Shown here: positions 27,901-40,400 of the stretch, piece after piece
Position numbering within the stretch: position 1 is the first letter of the stretch
How the letters are laid out: each line of letters starts with the position of its first letter
Assembly (NCBI GenBank): GCA_040954595.2
Contig: CM082584.2
Coordinates: forward strand, 2,077,344-2,141,343
Length of the DNA stretch: 64,000 nt
Source of the DNA: Balanoglossus misakiensis
Lineage: Eukaryota > Animalia > Hemichordata
Reading direction: 5' to 3'
The notes under the pieces: generated by a model
What the model was told of the DNA's origin: nothing
The model's database searches: none
What the model saw: only the letters and a program-made list of their open reading frames with translations
Program-made: the position numbers and the translations under genes

Positions 27901-29342
27901 CGGACAATGCTGCTTGCAGCTTTAATTCTTTCTTTTTTCTTGTGTCATTTCTTTGTCGCTCTAGATCTCAGACACCGCTGCAGGTACACTTTTCAAACTT
28001 GCTACAGTGGTCAAGGTCAATGGGTAGTCGTGCATTGAACTCTTGAATTTTTAATTAGTCACGTGACATGGCGGCCATATTGGATTTTCTGAAAAAATGC
28101 AAATCTCAGATCTCAGAAACTACAGGTCAGATTTACTTCACATTTGGTGTGCTGGTAGGGTACCTTCTGCACATCATTTATGTAATTGGATATTTTGCTG
28201 TCAATGTTGCAGTTTTTTTGCTACAGTTGTTTTTCTGAAATCTGGTCAAAATTTCAAAAATCTTCTTCTCCAGAACCGACGATAACCAAGTCACGCGGTT
28301 TGGGGTATTTGGTCACCAAATTGAGGTCTATCAAGTTTGCGAAGATCATTGTGCTTGGTCGAAGATTATGGCGGCCATATTGGATTTTTGAAAAACCCTT
28401 GTAAAATTTCAAAAATCTTCTTCTCAAGAACCGGCGATAACCGAGTCACAAGATTTGGTGTGTGTGGTCATTAAACAGCTGTCTATCAAGTTTGCGAAGA
28501 GGAATGTGATTGGTCAAAGATTATGGCGGCCATATTGGATTTTGTGAAAAACGATTAAAAAGTAAAAATTCCCTTTCTAGCCTAAAAATTGATAGCACAA
28601 AAATTCTTTTTATGGATATGAATCATCATATGACAAGAATAAGCTATAAATTTTTTGGTAATTTTGGCAATGACCTTTGACCTACTTTTGACTCATCATT
28701 TTTCTGCATATCTAATTCCAGGCTAACCAATAGGGCTATAAGTTTGGTTTTTGATGTATGTGGATTTGTATGTGATCAAAAAATGTTGCTACTTTTCATG
28801 ACCCCTTTGACCTCTGCTGACCTCATTAAATATGCACATACCTAATTAAAGGTGAACCAATAGACCTAGAGGTTTTGTTTTTGTTATACATGGACCAGTA
28901 TGGTGTCAAAATATTTTGCCCAAATGTTGGGTGACCTCGGGTGACCTTTGACCTACTTTTGCATATCTTGACATCCACAGCAGATACAGCCTTCGCGTTT
29001 GGAGGTATGGGGCCATAATGAAAAGCCAAAGTTTTGGGTCACCTGTGACACCTGCTTAACTCATTATTTATGTGCATACCTAATTCCGGGCTAACCAAAA
29101 GAGCTAGAGGTCTGGTTTTTGTTGGACATGGACCACTATGGGTCAAAATTTTCTGCCCAAATTGTGGGTGACATCTGGGTGACCTTTGACCTACTTATAT
29201 CAGCACCAAACATAGATATAACCTTGATATTTCATGGGATAAAACACAGCATTATGTTTCTACTCATTAATTATGTGCATATCTAATAATCAGATCAGAT
29301 AATAGAGCTTGGGCCCGGACAATGCTGCTTGCAGCTTTAATT
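18967..29342 (+). mobile_element. Cluster 1: seven nested Helentron-type non-autonomous (HINE-like) elements
   Basis: Heads (AGGGCCCAAGCGC-loop-GCGCTTGGGCCCT ATTGGTTTCGTTGG) at 18967, 19028, 19093, 19146, 19199, 24958, 25011; tails (GCTTGGGCCC subTIR + GCTGC-tt-GCAGC hairpin + TTTAATT) ending 20669, 22107, 23538, 24957, 26498, 27927, 29342; TT junctions; (TTCT)n after the head. Confidence 0.88.
25011..26498 (+). mobile_element. Example uninterrupted HINE-like element (~1.49 kb)
   Basis: Head, microsatellite, ~120-bp ATGGCGGCCATATTGG subrepeats, TGACCTTTGACCT subrepeats and tail are contiguous; no coding capacity. Confidence 0.85.
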
Positions 29343-29445
29343 TTAGTTCCAATTATTAAGGATAAAACTAAGCTTTGTAGTGATGCCAGTAACTACCGGC
29401 CGATAGCACTAGCAACTGTTTTCTCTTAAGTTTTTGAGCATATTT
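29343..29445 (+). pseudogene. LINE ORF2 continuation (RT N-terminal motif)
   Basis: LVPIIKDKTKLCSDASNYRPIALATVFS*VFEHI continues in frame from AIKVI at 18966 once cluster 1 and the duplicated TT are removed. Confidence 0.92.
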
Positions 29446-32400
29446 GGGGGCACAAGCGCCCTCAGGCGGCTTGTGCCCCCATTGTTATTGTTGGAATTTT
29501 TCTTTATTACGGGCCCAAGCCAAGCCAGGCTTGGGCCCGTATTGGTTTCGTTGGAATTTTTAGGGCCCAAGCCAAGCCAGGCTTGGGCCCTATTGGTTTC
29601 GCTGGTATTTTTCAGTCTTTCTTTCTTTCTTTCTTTCTTTCTTTATTCTTATGTCAATTCTTTGTCGCTCTAGATACCAGACACCACTGCAGGTACAGTT
29701 TTCAAACTTGCTACAGTGGTCAAGGTCAATAAGTAGTCGTGCATTGAACCCATGAATTTTTAATTAGTCACGTGACATGGCGGCCATATTGGATTTTCTG
29801 AAAAAATGCAAATCTCAGATCTCAGAAACTACAAGTCAGATCGACTTCAAATTTGGCGTGCAGGTAGACTACCTTCTGTTAATCATTTTTGTAATTGGAA
29901 ATTATGCTGACAAAGTTGCAGTTTTTTTGCTACAATTTTTTTTCTGAAATCTGGCTTAAATTTCAAAAATCTTCTTCTCCAGAACCAGTGATAACCGAGA
30001 CACGGGGTTTGCGGTATGTGGTCAACTAACTGATGTCTATCAAGTTTGCGAAGATCATTGTGATTGGTCAAAGATTACGGCGGCCATATTGGATTTTCGA
30101 AAAACCCTAGTAAAATTTCAAAAATCTTCTTCTCAAGAACCGGCGATAACCGAGTCACAAGATTTGGTGTGTGTGGTCATTAAACAGATGTCTAACAAGT
30201 TTGTGAAGGGGAATGTGATTGGTCGAAGATTATGGCGGCCATATTGGATTTTGAGAAAAACGATTAAAAAGAAAAAATTCCCTTTGTAGCCTAAAAATTA
30301 ATAGCACAGAAATTATTTTTATGGATATGAATCATCATATGCCAAGAATAAGCTCTAAATATTTTGGTAATTTTGGCAATGACCTTTGACCTACTTTTGA
30401 CGCATCATTTTTCTGCATATCTAATTCCAGGCTAACCAATAGGGCTATACGTTTGGTTTTTGATGTATGTGGATTTGTATGTGATCAAAAAATGTTGCTA
30501 CTTTCATGACCCCTTTGACCTCTGCTGACCTCATTAAATATGCACATACCTAATTACAGGTGAACCAATAGACCTAGAGGTTTTGTTTTTGTTATTCATG
30601 GACCAGTATGGGGTAAAACTATTTTGCCCAAATGTTGGGTGACCTCGGGTGACCTTTGACCTACTTTTGCATATCTTGACATCCACAGCAGATACAGCCT
30701 TGGCGTTTAGAGGTATGGGGCCATAATGAAAAGCCAAAGTTTTGGGTCACCTGTGACACCTGCTTAACTCATTATTTATGTGTATACCTAATTCTGGGCT
30801 AACCAAAAGGGCTAGAGATCTGGTTTTTGTTGGACATGGACCACTATAGGTCACAATTTTCTGCCCAAATTGTGGGTGACCTCTGGGTGACCTTTGACCT
30901 ACTTAACACTATATCAACACCAATAATAGATATAACCTTGATATTTTATGGGGTAAAACACAGCATTATGTTTCTACTCATTAATTATGTGCATATCTAA
31001 TAATCAGATCAGATAATAGAGCTTGGGCCCGGACAATGCTGCTTGCAGCTTTAATACTTTCTTTCTTTCTTTATTCTTGTGTCAATTCTTTGACCCACGA
31101 GATCTCAGACACCGCTGCAGGTACACTTCTGAAACTTGCTACAGTGGTCAAGGTCAATGAGTAGTCGTGCATTGAACCCTTGAATTTTTAATTAGTCACG
31201 TGACCTGGCGGCCATCTTGGATTTTCTGAAAAAATGCAAATCTCAGATCTCAGAAACTACAAGTCAGATCGACTTCAAATTTGGCAAGCTGGTAGACTAC
31301 CTTCTGCCCATCATTTTTGTAATTAGAAATTATGCTGACAAAGTTGCAGTTTTTTGCTACAATTTTTTTTCTGAAATCTGGCTTAAATTTAAAAAATCTT
31401 CTTCTCCAGAACCAGTGAAAACCAAGACACGGGGTTTTGGGTATGTGGTCACCTAACTGATGTCTATCAAGTTTGCGAAGATCATTGTGATTGGTCGAAG
31501 ATTATGGCGGCCATATTGGATTTTCGTAAAACCCTAGTAAAATTTCAAAAATCTTCTTCTCAAGAACCGGCGATAACTGAGTCACAAGATTTGGTGTGTG
31601 TGGTCATTAAACAGATGTCTATCAAATTTGCGAAGAGGAATGTAATTGGTCGAAGATTATGGCGGCCATATTGGATTTTGTGAAAAACAATTAAAAAGTA
31701 AAAATTCCCTTTCTAGCCTAAAAATTGATAGCACAGACATTCTTTTTATGGATATGAATCATCATATGCCAAGAATAAGCTATAAATATTTTGGTAATTT
31801 TGGCAATGACCTTTGACCTACTTTTGACGCATCATTGTTCTGCATATCTAATTCCAGGCTACCCAATAGGGCTATAAGTTTGGTTTTTGATGTATGTGGA
31901 TTTGTATGTGATCAAAAAATTTTGCTACTTTTCATGACCCCTTTGACCTCTGGTGACCTCATTAAATATGCGCATACCTAATTAATGATCAACCAATAGA
32001 CCTTAGAGGTTTTGTTTTTGTTATACATGGACCAGTATGGGGTCAAAATATTTTGCCCAAATGTTGGGTGACCTCGGGTGACCTTTGACCTACTTTTGCA
32101 TATCTCGACATCCACACCAGATACAGCCTTGGCGTTTGGAGGTATGGGGCCATAATGAAAAGCCAAAGTTTTGGGTCACCTGTGACACCTGCTTTACTCA
32201 TTATTTATGTGCATACCTAATTCCGGGCTAACCAAAAGGGCTAGATGTCTGGTTTTTGTTGGACATGGACCACTATGGGTCAAAATTTTCTGCCCAAATT
32301 TTGGATGAACTCAGATGACCTTTGACCTACTTTTGCATATATCGGCATCCAAAGCAGGTACAGTCTTGGCATTTGGAGGTATGGGGCCATAATGAAAAGC

Positions 32401-35400
32401 CAAAGTTTTGGGTCACCTGTGACACCTGCTTTATGCATTATTTATGTGCATACCTAATTCCGGGCTAACCAAAAGGGCTAGAGGTCTGGTTTTTGTTGGA
32501 CATGGACCACTATGGGTCAAAATTTTCTGCCCAAATTTTGGGTGACCTCAGATGACCTTTGACCTACTTAACACTATATCAACACCAAACATAGATATAA
32601 CCTTGATATTTCATGGGATAAAACACAGCATTATGTTTCTACTCATTAATTATGTGCATATCTAATAATCAGATCAGATAATAGAGCTTGGGCCCGGACA
32701 ATGCTGCTTGCAGCTTTAATTACGGGCCCAAGCCAAGCCAGGCTTGGGCCCGTATTGGTTTTGTTGGAGTTTTTAGGGCCCAAGCGCAAGCAAGCGCTTG
32801 GGCCCTATTGGTTTCGTTGGAATTTTTAGGGACCAAGCCAAGCCAGGCTTGGGCCCTATTGGTTTCGTTGGTATTTTTCAGTCTTTCTTTCTTTAGGGCC
32901 CAAGCGCATACCAGCGCTTGGGCCCTATTGGTTTCGTTGGGGTTTTTAGGGCCCAAGCGCATACCAGCGCTTGGGCCCTATTGGTTTCGTTGGGGTTTTT
33001 CTGTCTTTCCTTCTTTCTTCTTTCTTCTTCTTTCTTTATTCTTGTGTCAATTCTTTGTCGCTCTAGATCTCAGACACCACTGCAGGTACACTTCTCAAAC
33101 TTGCTACAGTGGTCAAGGTCAATGAGTAGATGTGCATTGAACCCTTGAATTTTTAATTAGTCACGTGACCTGGCGGCCATATTAGATTTTCTGAAAAAAT
33201 GCAAATCTCAGATCTCAGAAACTACAAGTCAGATCGACTTCAAACTTGGTGTGCAGGTAGTCTACCTTCTACCCATCATTTTTGTAATTGGATATTTTGC
33301 TGTCAATGTTGCAGTTTTTTTGCTACAGTTGTTTTTCTGAAATCTGGTCAAAATTTCAAAAATCTTCTTCTCCAGAACCGGCGATAACCGAGTCACGCGG
33401 TTTGGGGTATGTGGTCACCAAACTGAGGTCTATCAAGTTTGCGAAGATCATTGTGATTGGTCGAAGATTATGGCGGCCATATTGGATTTTCGAAAAACCC
33501 TAGTAAAATTTCAAAAATCTTCTTCTCAAGAACCGGCGATAACCGAGTCACAAGATTTGGTGTGTGTGGTCATTAAACAGATGTCTATCAAGTTTGCGAA
33601 GATCATTGTGATTGGTCGAAGATTTTGGCGGCCATATTGGATTTTGTGAACAACGATTAAAAAGTAAAAATTCTGTTTCTAGCCTAAAAATTGATAGCAC
33701 AGAAATTCTTTTTATGGATATGAATCATCATATGACAAGAATAAGCTATAAATATTTTGGTAATTTTGGCAATGACCTTTGACCTACTTTTGACGCATGA
33801 TTTTTCTGCATATCTAATTCTAGGCTAACCAATAGGGCTATAAGTTTGGTTTTTGATGTATGTGGATTTGTATGTGATCCAAAAATTTTGCTACTTTTCA
33901 TGACCCCTTTGACCTCTCCTGACCTCATTAAATATGCACATACCTAATTACAGATGAACCAATAGACCTAGAGGTTTGGTTTTTGTTGGACATGGACCAG
34001 TATTGGGTCAAAATATTTTGCCCAAATGTTGGGTGACCTCGGGTGACCTTTGACCTACTTTTGCATATCTCGACATCCACAGCAGATACAGCCTTGGCGT
34101 TTGGAGGTATGGGGCCATAATGAAAAGCCAACGTTTTGGGTCACCTGTGACACCTGCTTAACTCATTAATTATGTGCATACCTAATTCTAGGCTAACCAA
34201 AAGGGCTAGAGGTCTGGTTTTTGTTGGACATGGACCACTATGGGTCAAAATTTTCTGCCCAAATTTTGGGTGACCTCAGATGACCTCTGACGTACTTAAC
34301 ACAATATCAGCACCAAACATAGATATAACCTTGATATGTCATGGGATAAAACACAGCATTATGTTTCTACTCATTAATTATGTGCAGATCAGATAATAGA
34401 GCTTGGGCCCGGACAATGCTGCTTGCAGCTTTAATTCTTTCTTTCTTTCTTTCTTTCTTTCTTTATTCTTGTGTCATTTCTTTGTCGCTCTAGATCTCAG
34501 ACACCGCTGCAGGTACACTTCTCAACCTTGCTACAGTGGTCAAGGTCAATGGGTAGTCGTGCATTGAACTCTTGAATTTTTAATTAGTCACGTGACATGG
34601 CGGCCATATTGGATTTTCTGAAAAAATGCAAATCTCAGATCTCAGAAACTACAAGTCAGATTTACTTCAGATTTGGTGTGCTGGTAGTGTACCTTCTGCC
34701 CATCATTTTTGTAATTGGATATTTTGCTGTCAATGTTGCAGTTTTTTTGCTACAATTTTTTTTCTGAAATCTGGTCAAAATTTCAAAAATCTTCTTCTCC
34801 AGAACTGGCGATAACCGAGTCACGCGGTTTGGGGTATGTGGTCACCAAAGTGAGGTCTATCAAGTTTGCGAAGATCATTGTGATTGGTCGAAGATTATGG
34901 CGGCAATATTGGATTTTCGAAAAACCCTAGTAAAATTTCAAAAATCTTCTTCTCAAGAACCGGCGATAACTGAGTCACAAGATTTGGTGTGTGTGGTCAT
35001 TAAACAGATGTCTATCAAGTTTGCGAAGATGAATGTGATTGGTCAAAGATTATGGCGGCCATATTGGATTTTGTGAAAAACGATTAAAAAGTAAAAATTC
35101 CCTTTTCAGCCTAAAAATTGATAGCACATAAATTCTTTTTATGGATATGAATCTTCTTATAACAAGAATAAGCTATAAATATTTTGGTAATTTTGGCAAT
35201 GACCTTTGACCTACTTTTGACGCATCAATTTTCTGCATATCTAATTCCAGGCTAACCAATAGGGCTATAAGTTTGGTTTTTGATGTATGTGGATTTGTAT
35301 GTGATCAAAACATTTTGCTACTTTTCATAACCCCTTTGACCTCTGTTGACCTCATTAAATATGCACATACCTAATTAATGATGAACCAATAGACCTAGAG

Positions 35401-35783
35401 GTTTTGTTTTTGTTATACATGGACCAGTATGGGGTCAAAATATTTTGCCCAAATGTTGGGTGACCTCGGGTGACCTTTGACCTACTTTTGCATATCTCGA
35501 CATCCACAGCAGATACAGCCTTGGCGTTTGGAGGTATGGGGCCATAATGAAAAGCCAAAGTTTTGGGTCACCTGTGACACCTGCTTAACTCATTATTTAT
35601 GTGCATACCTAATTCCGGGCTAACCAAAAGGGGTAGAGATCTGGTTTTTGTTGGACATGGAACACTATGGGTCAAAATTTTCTGCCCAAATTTTGGGTGA
35701 CCTCTGGGTGACCTTTGACCTACTTAACACTATATCAACACCAAACATAGATATAACCTTGATATTTCATGGGATAAAACACA

Positions 35784-36687
35784 TTATCACATGAACTGGC
35801 CCTGATCACCACCTGTGTGACGTAGACCAGGACAGATCAAAAATCCTGATCACCCCTGTGTTACGTCATCAACCGGAACTATTTCCACCGATTCGCCGTA
35901 GCTTTGTTGTCAAACAGAAACAGTACGTGTAGCGCGCGGCATTTACAATACAGAAATGAAATAAAAAAATTACGGTTCCATGACAATAACGCTTTGTAAG
36001 CTCAAAACAGAAAGGTGGAATTTGGAAAGAAGACAGTCGACGCAACGATCATGGACGATCGTGGCTGTCAAAGTTTTGGGTCAGGTGTACATAGCCTAGG
36101 CTAGGCGCAAGTCCGGTACGTTCCGAGTCGAATCAGCGTGGGGAATTGTTTCGAGCCAGTTCAGCGTGACGACTGAACCTCTCTATTGCACCGGTCAACG
36201 AAATGTATAAGACGTGGCAACAGGTTGCAGTAAAATTGTTAGAGAATCGATTACATTTGTGTAAGGCCGAACTTCGAGCGAACGGAACTCAACGGGACGA
36301 CTTGTTGGGAGATTTTATGAATGATCAGCGATAGTTCACCATTTGCGTATATGCAAATGATGAACTATCGCTGATCATTCATAAAATCTCCCAACATATA
36401 TCTCCTGGGGGACATAATCCCGCTCAGTAAAATACGACACCGCTCCAAAATTGTTGCAAGGTACTGAATTGTTTTAGTCCTGCCTCTTCTAACGAAAAAT
36501 AAGAAGACTGTTCATGTGATAAATATATAATCCCATGATATCTTTCTTTGTTTAACGTCATCGTATACTCGTGGTTTTCGCGGAAGCGTACAACTTCTCG
36601 CCTGCGGCTCGAAGTTGCACTGCTCCGCGAAAACCACTCGTATACGATGACGTCAAACAAAGAAAGATATCATGGGATTATATGTAA
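35784..36687. mobile_element. Unclassified ~0.9-kb non-coding insertion (TTA...TAA ends, no clear TSD) inside a HINE body
   Basis: Interrupts the conserved AAAACACA|GCATTATG; 13-bp inverted repeats TTATCACATGAAC (35784-35796 / 36510-36522); then a ~160-bp foldback 36525-36683. Confidence 0.75.
36303..36396. repeat. 94-bp spacerless palindrome
   Basis: 47-bp arms TGTTGGGAGATTTTATGAATGATCAGCGATAGTTCA...; 2 mismatches, no loop. Confidence 0.9.
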
Positions 36688-37417
36688 GCATTATGTTTCT
36701 TCTCATTAATTATGTGCATATCTAATAATCAGATCAGATAATAGAGCTTGGGCCCGGACAATGCTGCTTGCAGCTTTAATTCTTTCTTTATTCTTATGTC
36801 AATTCTTTGTCGCTCTAGATCTCAGACACCACTGCAGGTACAGTTTTCAAACTTGCTACAGTGGTCAAGGTCAATGAGTAGTCGTGCATTGAACCCATGA
36901 ATTTTTAATTAGTCACGTGACCTGGCGGCCATATTGGATTTTCTGAAAAAATGCAAATCTCAGATCTCAGAAACTACAAGTCAGATTGACTTCAAATTTG
37001 GCGTGCAGGTAGAATACCTTCTGTCAATCATTTTTGTAATTGGAAATTATGCTGACAAAGTTGCAGTTTTTTTGCTACAATTTTTTTTCTGAAATCTGGC
37101 TTAAATTTCAAAAATCTTCTTCTCCAGAACCGGTGATAACCGAGACACGGGGTTTAGGGTATGTGGTCACCTAACTGATGTCTATCAAGTTTGCGAAGAT
37201 CATTGTGATTGGTCGAAGATTACGGCGGCCATATTGGATTTTCGAAAAACCCTAGTAAAATTTCAAAAATCTTCTTCTCAAGAACCGGCGATAACCGAGT
37301 CACAAGATTTGGTGTGTGTGGTCATTAAACAGATGTCTAACAAGTTTGCGAAGGGGAATGTGATTGGTCGAAGATTATGGCGGCCATATTGGATTTTGTG
37401 AAAAACGATTAAAAAGA

Positions 37418-40400
37418 AATTAAAGCTGCAAGCAGCATTGTCCGGGCCCAAGCTCTATTATCTGATCTTATTATTAGATATGCACATAATTAATGAGTAG
37501 AGACATAATGCTGTGTCTTATGCCATGAAATATCAAGGTTATATCTATGTTTTGTGGTGATATAGTGTTAAGTAGGTCAAAGGTCACCCAGAGGTCAACC
37601 ACAATTTGGGCAGAAAATTTTGACCCATAGTGGTCCATGTCCAACAAAAACCATGACCTCTAGCCCTTTTGGTTATCCCAGAATTACGTATGCACATAAA
37701 TAATGAGTTAAGCACGTGTCACAGGTGACCCAAAACTTTGGCTTTTCATTATGGCCCCATACCTCCAAACGCCAAGGCTGTATCTGCCGTAGATGTCGAG
37801 ATATGCAAAAGTAGGTCAAAGGTCACCCGAGGTCACCCAACATTTGGGCAAAATATTTTGACCCCATACTGGTCCATGTATAACAAAAACAAAACCTCTA
37901 GGTCTATTGGTTCATCATTAATTAGGTATGCGCATATTTAATGAGGTCACCAGAGGTCAAAGGGGTCATGAAAAGTAGCAAAAATTTTTGATCACATACA
38001 AATCCACATACATCAAAAACCAAACTTATAGCCCTATTGGTTAGCCTGGAATTAGATATGCAGAAAAATGATGCGTCAAAAGTTGGTCAAAGGTCATTGC
38101 CAAAATTACCAAAATATTTATAGCTTATTCTTGTCATATGATGTTTCATATCCGTAAAAAGAATTTCTGTGCTATCAATTTTTAGGCTAGAAAGGGAATT
38201 TTTACTTTTTAATCGTTTTTCACAAAATCCAATATGGCCGCCATAATCTTTGACCAATCACATTCCTCTTCGCAAACTTGATAGACATCTGTTTAATGAC
38301 CACACACATCAAATCTTGTGACTCAGTTATCGCCGGTTCTTGAGAAGAAGATTTTTGAAATTTTACTAGGTTTTTTTTTAAATCCAATATGGCCGCCACA
38401 ATCTTCGACCAATCACAATGATCTTCGCAAACTTGATAGACCTCAGCTTGGTGACCACATACCCCAAACCGCGTGACTCGGTTATCGCCGGTTCTGGAGA
38501 AGAAGATTTTTGAAATTTTGACCAGATTTCAGAAAAACAACTGTAGCAAAAAAACTGCAACATTGACAGCAAAATATCCAATTACAAAAATGATGGGCAG
38601 AAGGTAGACTACCGGCACACCAAATTTGAAGTCGATCTGACTTGTAGTTTCTGAGATCTGAGATTTGCATTTTTTCAGAAAATCCAATATGGCCGCCATG
38701 TCACGTGACTAATTAAAAATTTAAGAGTTCAATGCACGACTACCCATTGACCTTGACCATTGTAGCAAGTTTGAGAAGTGTACCTGCAGCGGTGTCTGAG
38801 ATCTAGAGCGACAAAGAAATGACAGAAGAATAAAGAAAGAAAGACAGAATTAAAGCTGCAAGCAGCATTGTCCAGGCCCAAGCTCTATTATCTGATCTGA
38901 TTATTAGATATGCATATAATTAATGAGTAGAAACATAATGCTGTGTTTTATTCCATGAAATATCAAGGTTATATCTATGTTTGGTGTTGATATAGTGTTA
39001 AGTAGGTCAAAGGTCACCCAGAGGTCACCCATAATTTTGGCAGAAAATTTTGACCCATAGTCGTCCATGTCCAACAAAAACCAGACCTCTAGCCCTTTTG
39101 GTTAGCCCGGAATTAGGTATGCACATAAATAATGAGTTAAGCAGGTGTCACAGGTGACCCAAAACTTTGGCTTTTCATTATGGCCCCATACCTCCAAACA
39201 CCAAGGCTGTATCTGCTGTGGATGTCGAGATATGCAAAAGTAGGTCAAAGGTCACCCGAGGTCACCCAACATTTGGGCAAAATATTTTGACCCCATACTG
39301 GTCCATGTATAACAAAAACAAAACCTCTAGGTCTATTGGTTCATCATTAATTAGGTAAGCGCATATTTAATGAGGTCACCAGAGGTCAAAGGGGTCATGA
39401 AAAGTAGCAAAATTTTTTGATCACATACAAATCCACATACATCAAAAAACAAACTTATAGCCCTATTGGTTAGCCTGGAATTAGATATGCAGAAAAATGA
39501 TTCGTCAAAAGTAGGTCAAAGGTCATTGCCAAAATTACCAAAATATTTATAGCTTATTCTTGTCATATGATGATTCATATCCATAAAAAGAATTTCTGTG
39601 CTATCAATTTTTAGGCTAGAAAGGGAATTTTTACTTTTTAATCATTTTTCACAAAATCCAATATGGCCGCCATAATGTTCGACCAATCACATTCCTCTTC
39701 GCAAACTTGATAGACATCTGTTGAATGACCACACACACAAAATCTTGTGACTCGGTTATCGCCGGTTCTTGAGAAGAAGATTTTTGAAATTTTACTATGG
39801 TTTTTCGAAAATCCAATATGGCCGCCATAATCTTCGACCAATCACAATGATCTTCGCAAACTTGATAGACATCAGTTAGGTGACCACATACCCCAAACCC
39901 CGTGTCTCGGTTATCACCGGTTCTGGAGAAGAAGATTTTTGAAATTTAAGCCAGATTTCAGTAAAAAAATTGTAGCAAAAAAACTGCAACATTGACAGCA
40001 TAATTTCCAATTACAAAAATGTTTGACAGAAGGTAGTCTACCTGCACGCCAAATTTGAAGTCGATCTGACTTGTAGTTTCTGAGATCTGAGATTTGCATT
40101 TTTTCAGAAAATCCAAGATGGCCACCAGGTCATGTGACTAATTAAAAATTCATGGGTTCAATGCACGACTCCTCATTGACCTTGACCACTGTAGCAAGTT
40201 TGAGAACTGTACCTGCAGTGGTGTCTGAGATCTAGAGCGACAAAGAATTGACAGAAGAATAAAGAAAGAAGAAAGAAAGACAGATTAAAGCTGCAAGCAG
40301 CATTGTCCGGGCCCAAGCTCTATTATCTGATCTGATGCTGATATAGTGTTAAGTAGGTCAAAGGTCACCCGAGGTCACCCAACATTTGGGCAAAATATTT

